The notes under the pieces: generated by a model
Seen by the model: the letters and a program-made list of their open reading frames with translations, nothing else
What the model was told of the DNA's origin: nothing
The model's database searches: none
Source: Nemertoderma westbladi
Taxonomy: Eukaryota > Animalia > Xenacoelomorpha
DNA length: 53,547 nucleotides
Assembly: GCA_032718475.1 (NCBI GenBank)
Contig: JAUCBJ010005497.1
Location: 1-53,547, forward strand
Reading direction: 5' to 3'
Shown here: positions 47,901 through 53,547 of the stretch, one piece after another
How the letters are laid out: each line of letters begins with the position of its first letter
Numbering within the stretch: the first letter of the stretch is position 1
Position numbers and translations under genes: made by a program

Positions 47901-50249
47901 TTTGTGACTTCTAGATCAAAGACAATGCCGGTCAAATATATGACTGTCCCTCGTGCAGAGTTACAGGCGGCCGTAGTTTCAGTCGAGGTAAGTAAGCAGA
48001 TAATTGAGGAGTTGGACACGACATTGACCTTATTCTATTGGACGGACGCATCCTTAGTGTTAGTATACATTGCGGCCGACAATATTGCACTAAAGACATT
48101 TGTGGCCAATAGACGCGCTCAGATCGTTGACTTTTCGACGAAGGAACAATGGAGACATTGTCCGGGAGTGTTGAACCCGGCCGACATAACTTCGAGAGGT
48201 GCAATGCCGGCGGAATTTTGTCAGGAAGAGTCGCAGGAGTTTTGGTTACACGGACCTGATTTTCTAACGAGGACACAGGAACATTGGCCAGAGCGACTAA
48301 AGATAGTGACCAATCCGATGCCTGAAGATGCAGAAGTCAAGGTGGAGAAAGTCTCTAAGTCAAAGTCTAAAGCCAAACTTAAGTCATTGGAGCGGCCTGA
48401 AGAGTCATTGGAGCGGCCTGAAGAGTCATTGGAGCGGCCCGGAGACCTGTCAGACCAACAGACTTACGTGACTACTAGGTCCGGAAGGGTAAGTTATGAC
48501 ATAAAACCACCCTTACAGCCTAGACAAGGGTCACAGTTGGTAAGTGACGGACAGAAAATGACCGACAAAATGGAGTCTTTGGTTTCCAAACCTGCGGGTT
48601 TGGATTCGAAACTTCCATTAGTTAGCGGACAACCGTCGCTGGCATTAGAGTCATGCAGTGTTTATGACAAATTACTAAATTCGTCTGCCTCTTGGCTGAC
48701 AATTTGTAAAAGAACTGCGTGGTTAAGCCGATACATTTTGTACCTTTGTTTAAAACATTCGAAACATTTGAGAGAACCATTGAGCACTAATAGTGAGCGA
48801 ATTCGGAAATTGAAACAACCTCTGACAGAGGATGAGATTGATCAAGCGGAATTAAAGCATTTGAAACATTATCAAATGTGTGCCTTCCCAAAAGAATTCC
48901 ATCTATTATCGGCTCAACGACCAGTTCTCTATAAACCCCTTAGAAAATGGAGTCCATTAATCCATAAGGGTTTGATTTGTCATAGATCGAGAATCCAGAC
49001 TGTCGACATAAACTCACAGTTTCGGTTCCCAGTGATAATCCCTAGTCACCCAATAGAATTGCAAAGAGCGATTCTATGGGATATACATAAGAGGTTGCAT
49101 CACGCGGGAAGGTTACACTGTTTGTCGGCAGCGAGACAGCGATTCATTCTATTGCAGCCAAGCAGGGCAGTCGGCACTATGTACGACGCCTGTCTGGTTT
49201 GCAAGAGAGTGAACGCCAGAGTATTGGAACAGGAGATGGGTGAACTCCCGGAAGCGAGAGTGCAGGCATATGACCCACCCTTTACGAACACAGGGGTGGA
49301 TTGTTTTGGTCCGATTGAGGCAAAGAGTGGACGGCTAACCCACAAGCGATGGGGTCTGCTACTGACATGCATGGCTAGTAGAGCCATACACATTGAGCGT
49401 GTGGCAGACATGTCGACCAAATCTCTGCTCCTGGCCTTGAAGAGATTTATGGCCAGGAGAGGACTAGTAAAGGCGTTCTACTCCGATAAGGGTACAAACT
49501 TTGTCGGAGGGAATAGCGAGTTGAACGCGGCTCATAAAGCAGCACAGAATAAGGAAATTTCTGCAGCACTTTTGCCGCAACGAGTAGAGTGGAGATTCAA
49601 TACTCCAGAAAGTCCTTGGAGAGGAGGAAGTTGGGAGCGTTTAGTTCGCTCTGTGAAGCAGGCCATTGCCAAAACATTGCCTGTGAACAAACAACTTACC
49701 GACGACGAACTGGTCACAGCTTTCATTGAAATCGAGCATACATTAAACTCGAGGCCGATAGCTATGTTACCAGACGGTGTTGCATTAACGCCGAATCATT
49801 TGCTAATGCAGAGTCCAGCATTTCTTGTGCCGGCATCAGAACCCGTTAGTGCCGACCTATATAGTCGTAAAAGCTGGAAAATGACTCAATTTGTCGCGTA
49901 CACATTCTGGGAATATTGGCGGGAATACTATCTTCCCACCATATCCACCAGAACAAAGTGGTACAAAACGGTTCGGAGTCTCCAAAGGGGAGATTACGTA
50001 TTGATAACCGAGCCGATTGTCAAGAGAAAGTATTGGGAGACGGGAGTCATCTTGCACACACACCCAGACGCGCAAAACATAGTGCGCACAGTCACTGTGA
50101 AAATTAGGTGCAAGTGTCCGCACCCAAAGAAGTGTAAAACTAATGGTTTACACACCTTGGACCGACCGGTCCAAGATATCGTGTTATTAGAGGAGACACG
50201 TATTGAGACGGGAGATTATAATTTGTCTCCTGCCTCAAAACAGAATTAG
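41949..50249 (+). CDS. BEL/Pao Gag-Pol polyprotein, 2766 aa, single ORF
   Basis: Gag PQKFMGNHKHWRTF, three Zn knuckles (CQYC..H..C, CWACLAPGHVRRQC, CMECGRLHHKLLH), protease MLDTASTLSYI, RT FYMDDGL, RNase H LHLFSDAS, IN HAG..CLVC / GVDCFGP / SDKGTNF / WERLVRSVK. Confidence 0.97.
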   Translation: MSVSDKEALEDSYETAAGPPTDDSVNITVDDNADYDDAASDADVSEQEDETVTSEEEELPQVIVLGSPTATVRKDCTATRTEVSDREGSVAEARARSPVSRPVGMVSAVVPAAVRSTRSSRNNPSSPPSVSQVSDREFDTAIKKKLRAHAGHITRTADKVRKMLADLANIGRVELVEIRRGYNSALFKQTEELAVLAKKAVESQSSDVATRIYDRVLAALLEHRELSERFRRVRTENWLLWASQAQATQVSDAELRDLVEREEIQDKEERRYQREVTSWLMQNGVVVPGQVLPTTENIQQRTLTPPDDASRDSGDSQVSHARGKVICARSLVSHNSAEERRRRLDEQQAEVLRASEARKEAERERERTRKLDAKLRELEEKGKREQAEREQKERELQLEREQKERELQLEREREAKKREFQLERERKERELEIEKERQALYEEKARVEEESAARRAREEEERKLAQLESARLSLESEERTRKANEIAEKGMRMIEECGASVGTELRELFALQKAEQEARTPTIRESTTTRIPIPGPAITSTRIAKPFSTYRTPVGISASPIAQDPRHQNTAPLYTERDNEEFREETPTGRVLGEPNPRVWNTRTERRPSSTENFRVKPEEGSYERQRITQIEPTIQQNPSQEFITRDELSASLAQAISPHIQPITDMLSNLRLKEAAQVRSNSNPSRPELDKVQPSQRVRISEETIPHRPQVRTPVPNIHNPNFENSAEKFIQEAWVRAARKPSRALRTDTESSDEEEDMRRQKSRNYKERRTDAEQVSWNHRERTRLNNPAELNHLLTRNDATLRDIGKFAARQGLPTQQPQKFMGNHKHWRTFKTYVDEQLTNSTFTPNEKFNYLLQMLHREPRAIADNFVGNERAFELAMKTLSDIYGNKTKMAQSIVEDLGKGGRITTPLELLNLANAISNALDILRTVNLPHHGDHAEVLKSVIRRLNMRYRQKWRKLENKLEGQGKVLTLQHIHDMIATDAVAEMKSNFSEENMRESKPVTGKSMVSFDDDRTTVTYNSVDRYNSNTPAFRSDSRVWSGERLDRPRLKQQELPDGFVGCQYCLLKEVRSDDHKLDSCRRFKELNSEQRRVQVRTLDTCWACLAPGHVRRQCPNSKDGCMECGRLHHKLLHADFHTPTDRYLQRNPHRKGSKEPVSIRRNTYTGIQDDGYQPGSSDEDGESSAREVTCQGFTADSSSTRARTYLSSATSEIFSVIPVKLTGDKGSKRIYVMLDTASTLSYIDEEVARAISSFQDAEEIQIELKSMHGVGDLKGHRISVELDSLLPRDQHTRQERKALPLDGFKCLAMKGFGRQLGKVPPMSPIAQEYFDKLRIPRHQVGYRNVSMLIGAEQLIAHQIWETRPAEPHVNGPHAHRTILGWYTRVPMSYEFTGGDKPMDRYDELQPITQPPLVEPPDIDEFRRTCIDHYSDFSESDEELIPDNVRLSEPLHNDRTDSEPEDCCYQTRGSGSAAHATYLSNVLTYTDIVEGQVAKYRDLDIFQYSEEELQKELIRQDLETGARTVEWLDRDAMEPGGYDLAMSTDEKRSLEMMEDTIRLLPTGHFEVGMLWRRQPPKLENNYNLALKRLNGVRARLLKNPDIREKYCAQINNYFAKGFAGKVEDPDLVTDQTYYLPHHYVTHPDKPDKVRVVNDCAAVYRGMSLNSELMDGPNLNNYLIGILLRFRQRRFAFTCDIEAMFHQVRACKADQDSLRFLWYENEDLSGPVVTYQMYVRIFGARDSPNGTLFVLKKTATAQIGKYPVEVIESILRNFYMDDGLVSKDTAEQAIEVAHGLQECLATGGFPLTKFTTNSEALLESFPVKDRGSGDIELGVEPIPMARVLGLAWNPNSDKFQVRVRFEPSSPDKVLTKRICLSTLSRLFDPMNFISPVILQARACMRKIWLSDVEWDEPISPIHAKQWREWEAELHLLKNIDVPRSYFPNQLVFPADLELHLFSDASDTGFGMVAYLRREVSQDKFETAFVTSRSKTMPVKYMTVPRAELQAAVVSVEVSKQIIEELDTTLTLFYWTDASLVLVYIAADNIALKTFVANRRAQIVDFSTKEQWRHCPGVLNPADITSRGAMPAEFCQEESQEFWLHGPDFLTRTQEHWPERLKIVTNPMPEDAEVKVEKVSKSKSKAKLKSLERPEESLERPEESLERPGDLSDQQTYVTTRSGRVSYDIKPPLQPRQGSQLVSDGQKMTDKMESLVSKPAGLDSKLPLVSGQPSLALESCSVYDKLLNSSASWLTICKRTAWLSRYILYLCLKHSKHLREPLSTNSERIRKLKQPLTEDEIDQAELKHLKHYQMCAFPKEFHLLSAQRPVLYKPLRKWSPLIHKGLICHRSRIQTVDINSQFRFPVIIPSHPIELQRAILWDIHKRLHHAGRLHCLSAARQRFILLQPSRAVGTMYDACLVCKRVNARVLEQEMGELPEARVQAYDPPFTNTGVDCFGPIEAKSGRLTHKRWGLLLTCMASRAIHIERVADMSTKSLLLALKRFMARRGLVKAFYSDKGTNFVGGNSELNAAHKAAQNKEISAALLPQRVEWRFNTPESPWRGGSWERLVRSVKQAIAKTLPVNKQLTDDELVTAFIEIEHTLNSRPIAMLPDGVALTPNHLLMQSPAFLVPASEPVSADLYSRKSWKMTQFVAYTFWEYWREYYLPTISTRTKWYKTVRSLQRGDYVLITEPIVKRKYWETGVILHTHPDAQNIVRTVTVKIRCKCPHPKKCKTNGLHTLDRPVQDIVLLEETRIETGDYNLSPASKQN

Positions 50250-51009
50250 TGTTGGACGCAACTCACTTCGTATGCATTCCTCGTATGCAAATACAAGGAA
50301 ATGCATAGGAGCGGGGTTGTGGTGATTTGCGTTGAGTTTTGTCTGGTGGGTATCAAAACAAAATTTATTTTCAAAATTTTTGGAAAAATTAAAATTTTAA
50401 AAAATTAAAAGTGAACCCAAGACAATTCCAGACGCTGTGTATAGACGCGTTTTAGAATTCGTCTATAGATAAACAGTAATTTGAAAGTCGTGAAGCCTGG
50501 AAAATAGCATTTAGAAACCATGGTGACGGCTATATTACGTAGGAGTGTAAATTGAGTTTAGCAACTTCCACAGATTGGTGCCAACAGTACAACTAGGGTG
50601 CTAAAGGTTAGTAGCACCAGAGGCGTACATGGACCCCACTCAGTAGTTTGCAGTGATGTGTGATGTTCGATTATCAAACCTGTGGGTTTGGTATAGTCGA
50701 GTATTGTGGCTATAGTCCTTTCTAACTACTGTAGTTTAGTACGAGTAATGGGAGTAGTTTGGGCATCAAAAAGTGAGTTGGTCACGGCCAGTTTATCTCC
50801 AAAGTTTTTGCGCTATGCATGGGAATAGGTTAGAGGATAGTTAGTTAGGAAGAGACGGGATCTAGAGAGTCGAACCTGAACTGCTGGAAGGCAGTGGGGG
50901 TGGTTCGGGAGGTCTGTCCTTCGGCGACATCTAACTGATTTACCCACCGTGTAATTGGTTTGCGTAACGGAACACTTATTGGGTTATATATGTATATACG
51001 CGGGGCATA

Positions 51010-51671
51010 ATGGAGAAGGATATTAGAGCGCAACCGCGCAGAGGATTTACTGCCGGAGAGGAGGCGGAGTTACCATTCGCGCGACCGGGATGTAAAGATT
51101 CGAACGTTTACTACCATGGGCGGTCGGTGATGGAGCTAAATGGGAAATACAAACCCACGATTCCCGACCGACTAGACGAGCAACATCCAGAACCGATATT
51201 AACGCGTTGTCAAGCTCACCAGTTCCTTAGATATAACGAGGGAGGTTACCCGATGAGCGACCCGATGATCAGTATCGACTTTAGCGGAAGGCGACCTCCG
51301 AGACCCATTACGCCGACCGTTACAACTTTAGATCCGTATACGGAGATTAAACCTGTTCGACACCCAGTTTGATAGACACGGCGGCGGCCATTTCACTATA
51401 CCGAGCCTATAAGGATCTAGAGGCGCGGCGCGAAGCGGCACGGGACTCGAGTTCCTGGACCACGTTCACTTCGCTTCACCAGGAGAGGAAACTCACGCCT
51501 GAGTATCCAGACGAGATTCGCGCCATCCATCCGTCTACTAACCATACCCACGATCCGCGATTTATACGATATTTACTCCAAATTATTTCGGGAAGTTTCG
51601 ACGAACGCATTATTAAGCCCGAATATGTCCAATCCTTTATATATCATCGTCGCTCTGATATATACGTCTAG
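51010..51671 (+). other. Short overlapping ORFs (120 aa + 100 aa) in the 3' extra region of element 2; possibly one frameshifted or stop-restart accessory gene
   Basis: ATG ORF 51010-51372 overlaps ORF 51369-51671 by TTGA; GC-richer than its surroundings; position equivalent to ORF A of element 1. Confidence 0.35.
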
Positions 51672-52935
51672 AATTATTACCCAGCGCACAATTGGCGGCC
51701 TAAGGAGACTCGTTTGGGGTCATTGACCTCTGAACGAGTGGAGGATCAGGACCGCCGCGCCCACAGCGACAACAGCCGGAGCTCACAGCTCGCGGCAAGT
51801 ACCAGAAGGAGGAGTCCTTGGCAAGCGTCAAGCCAAGGACGAGCAGTCCCATTCTACTGTTGAAGAAAGAGGAGTTGGCGGAGGCGCCCACAGGGACACG
51901 GCAAATGGGACGAGGCCGAGGGAGGAGCACCAGTCGGGAGATAGTCGGTGCCCAGGGAACGTCGTCGCCGGTTCCGGGAAGTGACGCCTCAAGGACGCCG
52001 TCAACAGAGTCTACAGGGGGTAGACTGGTGTATCTGGAGAGGGGAGCGAGCCCGAGAGACCCAGGAGCTAGCCGATGAGACTATAATATCACGGAGCGAC
52101 AGACTCTAGACATATACATCATCGTCGCTCTGATGTATATCGTAGGTTTTGATCAATCATTCGACTGGACTCATATACACTAGTCGTATCCATATTTTAG
52201 AGTTTTATTTTCGAAGGCCGAAAAATATTGAAAGGAAATACTTTTATTTTGTAGTCCGATTGGAAATAGTAAATACTTTAACTATATTTGATTTTGTGTA
52301 TATGACTTTATTTGCTCTAAAGTTTATTGAAAGAGGCAAAGGAAGTGATTGGGGAGACAAACCCGCGGGTTTGGCTTACTCCTTTCACTTACCTGAGCAA
52401 TCATCAAACCAATATGATTTGCGTTTTTTATAAGAAATTAAGTAAAGTCCGAAAATGAAAGAAATTATTACGTATTTTATATTTAGTTTGATTATCGGCC
52501 TTTAATGCAATTTAGTTAAAAATTTAGCCTCAAATACGTTTATATTTAGTTTATCTTGTTAATGTTGATCGTTAATTTGAGATGGGAAATGGGGGACATT
52601 GTCCTAGCCATGTTCCATTTCAATAGGTAGACCGTCAATTTGTAAATAAATAAAGGAAGTAAAATTTTGTAAATTTAATTTTGTATGTAGTAATCATTAT
52701 GTAGTACGAACGAGAAACAATATTTTGTAAATTTAATTTGTATGAGAGAGATAATATTTGTAAATTTAATTTGTATGCAATTCATTATGCAATATCTATG
52801 GCAATATTTTGTAAATAGTAGGATTTATAGTATCAAGTATTTAGATTATTTGGAAGAAATTTATTTTGTTTGTATACATCACCTTATACTCTTCTACAAT
52901 TGGAGGGAAACATTGTATGATTTCCCTTGGAGCGG

Positions 52936-53547
52936 TGTTACGGTATATGGCGCTGTATCCACATATATTAGTCATTATGCAGTATGCAATATTAGTCGTT
53001 ATACTGTACACAATATTAGTCCGTTATACTGTATGTAATATTAGTCCGTTGTGCAGCATAATATTTTAGATAAGGCATAATAACGCAATGATATTTAGAT
53101 AGAGAAATCGAAACACCCATATATTTGAATCCATCCATTTTGTATAGTATGTAGCCCTACCTACGTAATTTTGTATTAGGATATATGTAGATAGTTCCAG
53201 GGTAGCGAGTTTATTCGGACCCTGGATTTTGTGCTTGCTGATATTAGTTTGATAGGGCTAGCATATAGGGACGCTGTCCTGGCCATTCAGCAGCCAGAGA
53301 CGTGAACCATTACCATATATGGTAATAATTCGAGGTTTGGGCAGGCAATAGGACTACAATCCGGCCTCCTTATTGGATTAACTGCTTCCAGGTTGGTCTA
53401 ATGCTAGCGCGGACTGGAGAGCCAATAGGAGAGCGATTGAGTCACCCTATTGCATCACCCCATCCGGATCACCTATAAATTGGCGGTGTGCCGGTAGAGC
53501 CTCACATGACACCTCACATGATCTGCTATCATCTTTGTACTTGCTGA
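52936..53547 (+). repeat. 3' LTR of element 2 (truncated by the window end)
   Basis: Direct repeat of 38590-39201. Confidence 0.95.

Larger units (their letters stand above)
38590..53547 (+). mobile_element. BEL/Pao LTR retrotransposon element 2, young and probably autonomous; runs off the window
   Basis: LTRs start TGTTACGG at 38590 and 52936; PPT GGAGCGG at 52929-52935; intact gag-pol. Confidence 0.96.

Noticed and set aside
42871-50123. Many antisense and alternate-frame ORFs inside gag-pol (also 21052-26919 and 29437-31947)
   Set aside because: Shadow frames of long coding sequence and of low-complexity E/R/K repeats
52070-52145. Hammerhead ribozyme
   Set aside because: No complete CTGATGA plus GAAA core in the right arrangement

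Overview
AT-rich, repeat-dense animal (probably invertebrate) genomic window. It contains two BEL/Pao (Belpaoviridae-type) LTR retrotransposons. Element 1 (16468 to at least 34458) has a disabled gag-pol but two fully open accessory ORFs between integrase and the 3' LTR. The larger one (1140 aa) shows motifs of a WRN/RNase D/EXD-type DEDDy 3'-5' exonuclease followed by three CCHC zinc knuckles, and it is preceded by two tandem copies of a covarying, possibly pseudoknotted RNA structure. Element 2 (38590 to the window end) is young, with an intact 2766-aa gag-pol ORF, LTRs that look identical over the 612 bp that can be compared, and its own 2.7-kb 3' extra region. The host-derived part holds three tRNA-Asp(GTC) genes in three copies of a locally duplicated unit, each copy with different TE insertions (two LINE 3' ends, a TA-TSD MITE, element 1). 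It also holds an intronless MS4A/CD20-like tetraspan ORF, an RTE LINE remnant, a probable Mutator-like transposase remnant and several satellites. All domain calls are motif recognition by eye; no database searches were run.
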